A stretch of 25,317 bases of DNA, from the IMG/VR virus record IMGVR_UViG_3300009168_000001; one strand, written 5' to 3'. Position 1 is the first letter of the stretch. The number at the start of each line of letters is the position of its first letter. The notes beneath the pieces are model-generated. The model saw only the letters and a list, made by a program, of their open reading frames with translations, did not search any database and had not been told where the DNA came from. Shown piece after piece: positions 1-6,854 of this stretch. The DNA comes from an uncultured virus (IMG/VR IMGVR_UViG_3300009168_000001). Its lineage: Duplodnaviria; Heunggongvirae; Uroviricota; Caudoviricetes. The position numbers were made by a program, and so were the translations under genes.

Positions 1-2
1 CC

Positions 3-302
3 TACGTCGTGCCGCCGTCGCTGAGCGCCTGCAATCCGGTCCTTGGTCTCACGCATGGTGGCATGGCGGTGACATTGACCGGAGCCAACCTGTCAGGCGT
101 CACCAGCGTTACTTTCGGCGGCACAGCGGCAACCAGCGTGGTCGTGGTCAACGCCAACACCATCACCTGCATCACGCCGGCTCACGCCAGAGGCCTCGTG
201 GATATCGTCGCAACCAACACCTACGGTTCGGGCGTGCTGGCGAATGGATTTACTTACTTGCTTCCAGCGGCTGGCTTCAACATGCCGATGATGGGAATCT
301 GA
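3..302 (+). CDS. IPT/TIG (Ig-like) domain virion protein, C-terminal part (5' end outside window)
   Basis: Frame is open from the window start. Translation PSLSACNPVLGLTHGGMAVTLTGANLSGVTSVTFGGTAATSVVVVNANTITCITPAHARGLVDIVATNTYG...GFTY matches the IPT/TIG pattern (P..G...GG..VTI.G.N.....V.FG.......V.S.T.ITC.TP...G.V.V.V.N). It ends in a hydrophobic tail, GFNMPMMGI. Confidence 0.85.
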   Translation, partial: YVVPPSLSACNPVLGLTHGGMAVTLTGANLSGVTSVTFGGTAATSVVVVNANTITCITPAHARGLVDIVATNTYGSGVLANGFTYLLPAAGFNMPMMGI

Positions 303-314
303 AGGGAGAAACAG

Positions 315-545
315 ATGAGCGAAGTCATAAGCCAGAAGATCGAACGCGAGGTCCGCTACCTGATCGGCGATCTGCACATGCAGGTCATCGTGTTGCGCGC
401 CGCGCTCGACACGACGCAGCCGCAGCCCGAGCAACCGAAGCCGGCACCACCACCACCGCCGCAGCCGATTCCGCCGCAGCCCGAGCACGATGAACCACCG
501 CCGAAGTCTGCAAAGACCAACGGCGCAACGCAGATCAGAGGTTGA
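315..545 (+). CDS. Small hypothetical protein (helical N-terminus, Pro/Gln-rich C-terminus)
   Basis: Good SD (AAGGGAG) upstream of the ATG; fits the operon spacing. Confidence 0.75.
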   Translation: MSEVISQKIEREVRYLIGDLHMQVIVLRAALDTTQPQPEQPKPAPPPPPQPIPPQPEHDEPPPKSAKTNGATQIRG

Positions 546-547
546 CC

Positions 548-970
548 ATGGCCGTGAATGTCAGTGTCGATGCCACGTGGCGCATGACGCGCTTCGAGTT
601 TAATGCGCCGCACACGCCGAGCGGCATGGTGTCTGGCTATAGCGAGGTGCTGTTGCAGGCACCTGCCAAGCCAACCAAGGGCGCGGAGTTCATGCGTTCG
701 CGGATGCCGGCACCGGCACCGCAGGAAGGTGACGACAAGGTCACCTATGGCGTGATGCCCGGCTCGATGATCAGCCGCGCCATGACCAGCGTGATGGACG
801 AGACCGTCACCGTCGACGGCAAGACCGTTGCGTTCAAGGACGTGGTGGCGGCTAGCGTGGCGTTCTTCGAGAAGTGGCGGGTGGAGGACGAGAACAAACC
901 GCCTCCGGCACCCGCGATAACCGCGCCGATGCCGGGGGACTCGGGCTCGATACCGCTTCCGCCGAGCTAG
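548..970 (+). CDS. Hypothetical phage protein with Pro-rich C-terminus
   Basis: ATG 548 is preceded by GAGG at 538-541, so it is preferred over TTG 542. Codon usage is operon-like. Confidence 0.75.
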   Translation: MAVNVSVDATWRMTRFEFNAPHTPSGMVSGYSEVLLQAPAKPTKGAEFMRSRMPAPAPQEGDDKVTYGVMPGSMISRAMTSVMDETVTVDGKTVAFKDVVAASVAFFEKWRVEDENKPPPAPAITAPMPGDSGSIPLPPS

Positions 971-973
971 GCC

Positions 974-1264
974 ATGGTGGAGAGCGCGAAGGGCTGGCTC
1001 AAACAGAACAGCACGCTGGTCTACTTCTTACTAGCGCAACTGGTAGCGCTGGCCGCAGGTGCGGCCAGCATCCTCTCGTACTCCGTCAAGCTTGAGACCC
1101 GAGTCCACATTCTGGAGACGCGCGGTGCTGCCTACAGCGTGCAGCGCATGGACGCGATGGCGAACGAGATCGCTGTGCTGAAAGAGAAGATTCAGAACAA
1201 CGAGGAATCGATTAGCCGCGTTCGTGATCGATACCTGAACGACAGGGATAGACAGAGCAAGTGA
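974..1264 (+). CDS. Single-TM plus coiled-coil membrane protein, holin/lysis-accessory-like
   Basis: Hydrophobic stretch LVYFLLAQLVALAAGAASILSY followed by a heptad-like helical region. The lysis function is inference. Confidence 0.6.
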   Translation: MVESAKGWLKQNSTLVYFLLAQLVALAAGAASILSYSVKLETRVHILETRGAAYSVQRMDAMANEIAVLKEKIQNNEESISRVRDRYLNDRDRQSK

Positions 1265-1271
1265 GGGTGCC

Positions 1272-1508
1272 ATGGCTGTAGGTGAGCAAGCTGGTAAAGC
1301 CGTCACGGGCGTCCTCGACGTGATGAAGGCGCAGCCGCTGGTGCTGGGCCTGCTGTTGGTGATCTTCGCCCTGATTGGCTTCGTCTACTTGCAATCGTCG
1401 CAGTTCAATACGGCGCGCGCCGAGAACGTCAAACTGTTCATCGACGTCCAGAAAGAGGTTCAGAAGCTGCTGAGCCAATGCATCGTTCCGCCGCCATCGC
1501 AGCGGTAG
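1272..1508 (+). CDS. Single-TM small membrane protein, putative holin
   Basis: SD GAGGG upstream; TM segment PLVLGLLLVIFALIGFVYL followed by a charged amphipathic helix. Confidence 0.6.
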   Translation: MAVGEQAGKAVTGVLDVMKAQPLVLGLLLVIFALIGFVYLQSSQFNTARAENVKLFIDVQKEVQKLLSQCIVPPPSQR

Positions 1509-1528
1509 CCAACCCACAAGGTGACATC

Positions 1529-2731
1529 ATGACAACGAAGCACACGGACGCCATGGCGTTCGAGGAGACGTTTGCGCTGGATGCTGCGATGTTTACCAAC
1601 AAGTTCGCGCTGCATCAGACCAAGGACGGCTACATGATCTGTCAGCCGCGCATCGCGCGCACTGGCATTCAGGAATATCTCGGCGCGGAGATGGGTCGAC
1701 CTGACATGAAGGTGGTCCGGGTCTATCGCCCCGAGAGCGAAGTGATGGCCCATGATTCCGTGATGTCGCTGGCCGGCAAGCCGATCACCATCGAGCATCC
1801 CAATGAGCCTGTCACTGCGGAGAACTGGCGCGACGTCGCCGTGGGACACGTCGGCAGGGACATCCTGCGCGACGGCGAATTCATCCGCGTGCCGCTGCAT
1901 CTGATGGATGCCGCAGCCATCAACGAAGTGAAGGGCGGTCGGTCGCAATTGTCGGTCGGCTACAGCGCAGTGATCCAGTGGGCGGACGGCGTCACGCCTG
2001 CGGGGGAGAAGTACGACGCCACGCAAACAGCTATTCGCGCCAACCACGTTGCGATCACCCATACGGCTCGTGGTGGACCTCTATTGCGTATGGGTGACAA
2101 CAGGAGAAATCAAATGGCTACCAGAAAGATCATGGTCGACGGCATTCAGGTCGAAGCCGATGAGAAGGATATCTCGATCATCGAGCGGCGGATTGCTTCG
2201 CTCGAAAAGGAAGTAAGCACGGCGCAGTCAGCACTCGGCATCGCGCAGACCACGATGCAGACCGACGCGGCGAAGGCGGCAACCGAAGTCGCCAACGCCA
2301 CGGCGATCCTCGCCACCAAGGACGCCGAGATCACCACGCTGAAGGCGCAACTCGCCGAGGCTAAGTTGACGCCGCAGAAACTCGACCAGATGGTTGCGAC
2401 CCGCGTCGCCACCGTGGATCGCGCGCGGAAGATCATCGGCGATGCGCTGGTGGTCGACGGCAAGACCGACGCCGACATGCGCAAACAGGTCGTGCTCGCC
2501 AAGCTGGGCGAGACTGCCAAGGACTGGAATGACGACATGATCAACGCGTCGTTCAACACGCTCGCGGTCTCCGACAGCAACGGATTCGGCAGCGGCAACG
2601 GACTGCAACACGTGGTGCAGGTCGTGGCCTCCAACGAGTTCGGCGGCGATCCGGTCGCCAAGTCCTACGCCACGTACAACGAGGACATCCAGAACCGCTG
2701 GAAGACGGCGGGCGTGCGCAACAAGGCCTGA
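1529..2731 (+). CDS. DUF2213-family prohead protease / scaffold protein
   Basis: Motifs DGY...PRIARTGIQEY...VYRPESEV...GKPITIEHP...QLSVGY...NHVAI..ARGG are typical of DUF2213. The C-terminal half is an Ala/Thr-rich coiled coil. Start moved to ATG 1529 (AAGGTGA SD) rather than 1478. Confidence 0.9.
   Translation: MTTKHTDAMAFEETFALDAAMFTNKFALHQTKDGYMICQPRIARTGIQEYLGAEMGRPDMKVVRVYRPESEVMAHDSVMSLAGKPITIEHPNEPVTAENWRDVAVGHVGRDILRDGEFIRVPLHLMDAAAINEVKGGRSQLSVGYSAVIQWADGVTPAGEKYDATQTAIRANHVAITHTARGGPLLRMGDNRRNQMATRKIMVDGIQVEADEKDISIIERRIASLEKEVSTAQSALGIAQTTMQTDAAKAATEVANATAILATKDAEITTLKAQLAEAKLTPQKLDQMVATRVATVDRARKIIGDALVVDGKTDADMRKQVVLAKLGETAKDWNDDMINASFNTLAVSDSNGFGSGNGLQHVVQVVASNEFGGDPVAKSYATYNEDIQNRWKTAGVRNKA
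2098..2116 (+). promoter_or_regulatory. Internal ribosome-binding site and in-frame ATG (2114) within the DUF2213 gene
   Basis: CAACAGGAGAAATCAAATG. The 11-mer CAACAGGAGAA is identical to the RBS regions at 8165-8175 and 16323-16333 (tail sheath). Confidence 0.7.
2114..2731 (+). CDS. Putative nested scaffold protein (205 aa, in frame with the protease)
   Basis: Strong internal SD plus in-frame ATG immediately after the end of the protease domain (ARGGPLLRMGD). The product MATRKIMVDG... is coiled-coil rich. Confidence 0.6.
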   Translation: MATRKIMVDGIQVEADEKDISIIERRIASLEKEVSTAQSALGIAQTTMQTDAAKAATEVANATAILATKDAEITTLKAQLAEAKLTPQKLDQMVATRVATVDRARKIIGDALVVDGKTDADMRKQVVLAKLGETAKDWNDDMINASFNTLAVSDSNGFGSGNGLQHVVQVVASNEFGGDPVAKSYATYNEDIQNRWKTAGVRNKA

Positions 2732-2746
2732 TCATCCGATCAGGTC
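2725..2746 (+). promoter_or_regulatory. Stem-loop overlapping the protease/scaffold stop codon
   Basis: GGCCTGATC-ATCC-GATCAGGTC: 7-bp perfect stem extended by G-U and G-C pairs. There is no U-tract, so it is more likely a processing/stability element than a terminator. Confidence 0.4.
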
Positions 2747-2785
2747 AACGCAATCCGAACTTCAAATCTTTAAGGAGATACGACA

Positions 2786-3349
2786 ATGGCAGTTGATACC
2801 AAGCGCGAAGAAGAGACCAAGACCGAGGAGCGGGCCCGGGGTGGCGTGCCGGTGCAGCGTGAGACAAAGGACGTCGTCATCAATCCGCAGTCGGTGCCGC
2901 AGGCGACCTTCCCCAACACGATGAAGCAAGGTCTGCCGGGGATGATCAATTCGATGGTGGATTACAACGCCATCTCGCGCAACTGCGCCACCGCCGCCGG
3001 CATTCCCGCCGCGCGCGCTGTGTCTCAGGGCACTGCCGACACCGATTGCGTGCTCGGCGGTACGGCGAATGGCTTCCTTGGGCTGGCGATCCTCGACCCG
3101 ACGCTGATCAATCCGGCCACCGTCGCGCCGGAAACCTACATGCAATACAACGAGATCGGCATCCTTACCAAAGGCGAGATGTTCGCGTGCTGCGTGGTCG
3201 CTTGCGCAGCCGGCGATCCGCTTTCCTTCGTCGCCGCTGACGGCACGCTGACCAATACCGGCGCGGTCGTCGTGCCCGGTGGTCGCTGGAAGTTCACCCG
3301 CGCTACGCCCGGCGATCTCAACGTCGTGCAGTTGGGCATCCAGCGCTAA
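2786..3349 (+). CDS. Head decoration / cement protein
   Basis: Lies between the DUF2213 and DUF2184 genes. Motifs G.PGM...YN.ISR, GIPA.RAV.QG..D, F.GL...D, Y....GIL.KGEM...AGDP are typical of cement proteins at this position. Strong SD TAAGGAG. Confidence 0.75.
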   Translation: MAVDTKREEETKTEERARGGVPVQRETKDVVINPQSVPQATFPNTMKQGLPGMINSMVDYNAISRNCATAAGIPAARAVSQGTADTDCVLGGTANGFLGLAILDPTLINPATVAPETYMQYNEIGILTKGEMFACCVVACAAGDPLSFVAADGTLTNTGAVVVPGGRWKFTRATPGDLNVVQLGIQR

Positions 3350-3410
3350 TCGACGTCATCCCGACGTTCTTTCCCTAAGTCATCGTTATCAACCCCGTCA
3401 GGAGGCGGAG

Positions 3411-4370
3411 ATGAATCTTCAGCATTACTTTGGACGTGACGCGCAGCAAAGCGCGTACAATTTTGTCGTCAATCAACAGACGGCAATCGAGCAACAGATC
3501 GTCAAAATCCAGTACCCGGATGTGCAGTATCCGGACTTGGTGCCGGTCGATGCTGCGACAGGCAACGAGTGGGTGAAGTCGATCACCTACTATTCGCAAG
3601 ACATGGTCGGTCGGGCGGAATTCTTCCACCACACCGCCCTCGATGTCCCGCTGGCCGAACTGACCCGCGAGAAGTTCGAGCGCGGGATGGAGATGGCCGC
3701 GATTGGCTATCGCTACACGCTTGAGGAAGTGGCGCAGGCAATGAACACGCCCGGCCTCAACCTCACCGCAGACAAGGCGGTTGCTTGCCGGCGCGCCTAC
3801 GAAGAGTTCGTGGACAACATCGCGCTGCGCGGCTCGACCGCGAAGAACATGCAGGGACTGATGAACTCAAGCATCGTCACCGCAACGACGGCACCTGCCG
3901 ATGGTGCGGCAGGCGCAACCACGTTCGCCTCTAAGACCAACGACCAGATCATCCGTGACATCAACGTGACGCTGACCGGCATCGCGACGGGTACGAACTG
4001 GCTCTACTACGCCGACACGGTCCTGTTGCCTCCCGCCGTGCTGGTTGGTCTCGCCGGTCGCATCATCCAGTACACCAACATCACGTTGCTGGAGTGGATC
4101 AAGACCTACAACGTCCTGACGGTGCAGACCGGCAGGCCGATCACCATCGCTGGCGTGCGCGGCCTTGAGACCGCAGGCGTCGGGCAAATCTCCCGCATGG
4201 TGGCCTATCGCCGCGATCCATCCGTGCTGAAGATGTGGATTCCCATGACGCACCGCTTCCTGCCGGTCTGGCAGCGTGGTCCGCTGGTGTTCGACGTCCC
4301 GGGCATCTTCCGGCTCGGCGGCATCGAGATCAGGATGCCGGCGGCGATGCGCTACCTCGACGGCATCTAA
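3411..4370 (+). CDS. Major capsid protein, DUF2184 family (HK97 fold)
   Basis: DAQ...F...Q...IE......YP..QY..LVPV, DVPL, IGY.Y.LEE...A, L...KA.A.RRA.E, GL.N and C-terminal GG..IR.P.A.RY.DGI motifs. Start ATG 3411 has SD AGGAGG. Confidence 0.92.
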   Translation: MNLQHYFGRDAQQSAYNFVVNQQTAIEQQIVKIQYPDVQYPDLVPVDAATGNEWVKSITYYSQDMVGRAEFFHHTALDVPLAELTREKFERGMEMAAIGYRYTLEEVAQAMNTPGLNLTADKAVACRRAYEEFVDNIALRGSTAKNMQGLMNSSIVTATTAPADGAAGATTFASKTNDQIIRDINVTLTGIATGTNWLYYADTVLLPPAVLVGLAGRIIQYTNITLLEWIKTYNVLTVQTGRPITIAGVRGLETAGVGQISRMVAYRRDPSVLKMWIPMTHRFLPVWQRGPLVFDVPGIFRLGGIEIRMPAAMRYLDGI

Positions 4371-4377
4371 GCAAAGG

Positions 4378-4395
4378 TGCAGGCTCGTGCCTGCA
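4378..4395 (+). terminator. Stem-loop after the major capsid gene (weak terminator or mRNA stabiliser)
   Basis: TGCAGGC-TCGT-GCCTGCA: perfect 7-bp stem 8 nt after the stop, followed by only a weak T-containing tail (TATTG). Confidence 0.45.
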
Positions 4396-4434
4396 TATTG
4401 CTCCACCTCACATCATCGACAGGAGATTTGCGTT

Positions 4435-4698
4435 ATGGCCAAGGTAAAGAATACAGGCAATCAGCCGCGCGGCTTTTTCACCGAGGAAGGTGGACAGGTC
4501 GTCGTCGCTGTCGGCGAGGAGAAGGAGTTCAACATGACGGAGGCCGACTTCAACAAGTGTAAGGAGGTTGCCGCCAGTGAAGAACCCGCGCCGTATGAAA
4601 TCAGCGGCAGTCCGGGCGGCGTCAAGAAACTCAACGCGAAAGAGCAAAGGGAAGCCGACGAGAAGAAGGCTGCCGAGGCTGCCAAAAAAGAGAAGTAA
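4435..4698 (+). CDS. Small head-associated hypothetical protein (87 aa, Lys/Glu/Ala-rich tail)
   Basis: SD ACAGGAG before ATG 4435. MAKVKNTGNQPRGF... occupies the usual slot right after DUF2184 capsid genes. Confidence 0.75.
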   Translation: MAKVKNTGNQPRGFFTEEGGQVVVAVGEEKEFNMTEADFNKCKEVAASEEPAPYEISGSPGGVKKLNAKEQREADEKKAAEAAKKEK

Positions 4699-4703
4699 CC
4701 GTC

Positions 4704-5171
4704 ATGGCGATCACCACAACGATGCCTCCCACCATCGCCGAATTCCGGAGCGCGTTTCCGGAGTTCGCGTCGGTGACTGATGACCAAATCCAGATGGCCA
4801 TCGACACCGCGATGACGTGGGTTGATACGTTCTGGTTCTGGCCAGACGCCAAACTAGCCGTGATGTATGCCGCCGCGCATTATCTCTGGCTGCACGACAA
4901 GGCAAGCGGCGGCCTGATCTCGGGCGGTGGCGGGACCGGTGGCGGAACGCCTCCCGTCATCGACTCCGAGGCTGGTTTGATCTGGGTCAAGAGCGTTCGC
5001 TTCCGCGACCGGCAAGTCACCTATGAACGCGTCTCCGGTTCTGCCGGCGGCGCTGAATCATCCAGCGAAAAAGTGACGTCGTCGTCCGAGGACTTCTGGA
5101 ATTCCTCGCCCTACGGCCAACTCTATCTCTCGTTTCGACGGCGCAACGTCCCTCATGTAGCGGTGATCTGA
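4704..5171 (+). CDS. DUF4054-family head-tail adaptor
   Basis: TIAEFRSAFPEFASVTDDQI...A.....W......AAHYL...W.SSPYGQLY..F motifs; position downstream of the capsid gene. Confidence 0.85.
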   Translation: MAITTTMPPTIAEFRSAFPEFASVTDDQIQMAIDTAMTWVDTFWFWPDAKLAVMYAAAHYLWLHDKASGGLISGGGGTGGGTPPVIDSEAGLIWVKSVRFRDRQVTYERVSGSAGGAESSSEKVTSSSEDFWNSSPYGQLYLSFRRRNVPHVAVI

Positions 5172-5554
5172 TGGAATATTCCCTCCCCGTTAGACGTCTG
5201 CGGATGACGTCCGTGCTGCAATCCATCGACGGCGGCGGCTCGCCCGGCGTGATCGAGCTTCGCAATGCCGAACGCGTGGTGCTGGCCACGCTGTTGATGG
5301 TGATCCCGTCGTTCTATCTGGTCGGCGACGATCTGGTGCTGACGGCACCGACATCCGGCTTCGTCGCCATCGAGGGCATGGCCACCATCGGCACCATTTC
5401 TGACGGTGCCGGCAACATCGTCATTGACAACATGAGCATCGGCGTCGACGTCACGCCCGACGAAGTCCACGACTACGAGATCGTGCTCGATGACGCGATG
5501 CTGCGGATCGGCAAACAGGTCACGATTGTCACGGCAACACTTGAGCACGGCTGA
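5171..5554 (+). CDS. Beta-rich virion structural protein (neck region)
   Basis: One-base stop/start overlaps (TGATG) at both ends. Y....R..RM..V...IDGGG..G.IE...VLATL...D..G...IG......I.LD.....GKQV.I....LEHG resembles a widespread small phage structural family. Confidence 0.65.
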   Translation: MEYSLPVRRLRMTSVLQSIDGGGSPGVIELRNAERVVLATLLMVIPSFYLVGDDLVLTAPTSGFVAIEGMATIGTISDGAGNIVIDNMSIGVDVTPDEVHDYEIVLDDAMLRIGKQVTIVTATLEHG

Positions 5555-5931
5555 TGGGCACCGTTGACGACACCAAGCCGGTTGACGTCCGCGTCGACAG
5601 CGTATTCGGAGAACCTGTCGTCTTGAAACCGATGATGATTCAACAGACCGGCTACCGCTCCAGCGTGCCCGACCCGTCACGGTTAGAGGTGATCGCGACC
5701 GGTATCTACGACACCACGCGCGGCACCACCGAAGGTTCTGGTGGCCTGACCCACCGGCTGGCCACGGTCGACACCTCGCTGTCGATCAGGTTCGAGCCGA
5801 TCCTGCAATGCGACCTGAAGAAAGGCGACCGCGTGTTCTTTCCCGACCGGGATGAGACGCACGAGGTCACCTTCATCCATCCCGACTACAGCGGCAGGTG
5901 GGACGTGCACATGGTGAAGATTCTCGAATGA
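5554..5931 (+). CDS. Head-tail joining / head closure protein (gpFII-like)
   Basis: D.VFGE.V......GD.V.F......EV....PD.SG...V pattern; size and position fit. Confidence 0.7.
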   Translation: MGTVDDTKPVDVRVDSVFGEPVVLKPMMIQQTGYRSSVPDPSRLEVIATGIYDTTRGTTEGSGGLTHRLATVDTSLSIRFEPILQCDLKKGDRVFFPDRDETHEVTFIHPDYSGRWDVHMVKILE

Positions 5932-6854
5932 GCGTGATCCGGATGCTGACGCGATTGAGCGCGGTGGCGGCGTTGCGCGGGCAGACGTGGGCCGACAAGC
6001 GCGTCTACGATTCCGACAACACGCCGCTGAGCCAAGCGCTGACGCTGAACGCCGAGGCGAAGCCGTACATCGTGGTCTACACCGACGCCGACAACCGTTC
6101 CGAACAGAACGGCACCGACATCTACGGCATGCGTCGCGAGATGAACCTGATGCTGGAGATCGGCGTCGCATCCAAGGTCGAAGGCAAGACCGGCGCTGCC
6201 GAGATCAAGATTCCGCTGACCGACGAGGGCATGGAGCTTGCGATTGACATGGTCGAGGAGCAAGCGCTGGCAGCGCTGTTCGGCGATCCGCAGAACGACT
6301 GGGCCGAGCTCTTGAAGGGACTCATCCTGCGCGTCGAGCGACTGACCGGGCAGCGCGGCGCATCGTCGGACCGCGATCACCGATGGGCGGCGCGACAGGT
6401 CGGCATCATCTGCGACGTGGTCAGCGATCTTCCGCCGGGAGAAGAATTCGCGGACGATCATCCGGTCAGGCAGTTCATCGTGACATCGGAGAAACATCCC
6501 GAGGCAAACATGGAGCACGCCGCAGAAATCTGCAAAGCGCTGGTCTCGCGCGAGGCCGCGCCGGAATGGGAGCGGGTGCAAGCCGCGCTCGGCGTGCGGA
6601 GACGTGGCTTGCGCGCTATCGGTCTTGCCCCGCTTGCCTCCGGCATTGCACACCACCTGACCGCAGAAGGCGACGACCTGACCGACACCAAGGGCGAAGC
6701 GCCGATCCTGCGCAAGATCAGTCACGACGATATGGACATGGAGAAGGACGAGGATGTCGGCCTGATCGATCAATTCTCGATCCAGACCAACGTCGCCAGC
6801 GTCAAGGCAAAGGAAACACCGGACAAGATCGAAGCTGACGGTGAGGTGGAATGA
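5928..6854 (+). CDS. Putative tail completion/terminator protein with acidic C-terminal extension
   Basis: ATGA overlap at 5928-5931 defines the start. AV.ALRG.T.A..RVYDS...PYIVVYTD motif is typical of tail-completion-like proteins. Confidence 0.6.
   Translation: MSVIRMLTRLSAVAALRGQTWADKRVYDSDNTPLSQALTLNAEAKPYIVVYTDADNRSEQNGTDIYGMRREMNLMLEIGVASKVEGKTGAAEIKIPLTDEGMELAIDMVEEQALAALFGDPQNDWAELLKGLILRVERLTGQRGASSDRDHRWAARQVGIICDVVSDLPPGEEFADDHPVRQFIVTSEKHPEANMEHAAEICKALVSREAAPEWERVQAALGVRRRGLRAIGLAPLASGIAHHLTAEGDDLTDTKGEAPILRKISHDDMDMEKDEDVGLIDQFSIQTNVASVKAKETPDKIEADGEVE

Noticed and set aside
419..487. 15-bp direct repeat GCCGCAGCCCGAGCA (419-433, 473-487)
   Set aside because: It is explained by the Pro/Gln low-complexity coding sequence (PQPE twice), with no sign of an att site or target duplication.
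1478..1528. Longer ORF-track starts (1478, 3279, 4276, 5898, 14354, 15964)
   Set aside because: They overlap upstream genes and lack SD sequences. Downstream ATGs (1529, 3411, 4435, 5928, 14474, 16015) have SDs or stop/start coupling.
3411..4370. Encapsulin/bacteriocin nanocompartment interpretation of the DUF2184 protein
   Set aside because: It is embedded among protease, cement, adaptor and full tail genes, so it is a phage capsid protein.
4276..4434. Possible +1 frameshift fusing the major capsid protein to the downstream small ORF, whose frame is open from 4276
   Set aside because: No recognisable shifty site at the capsid end (ATC TAA). The downstream ORF has its own strong SD, and the intervening translation looks random.
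5886..6773. 295-aa antisense ORF (also others such as 10210-10890 and 16310-17056)
   Set aside because: These are shadow ORFs opposite well-supported + strand genes. They are expected from high-GC3 codon bias and have no recognisable motifs.
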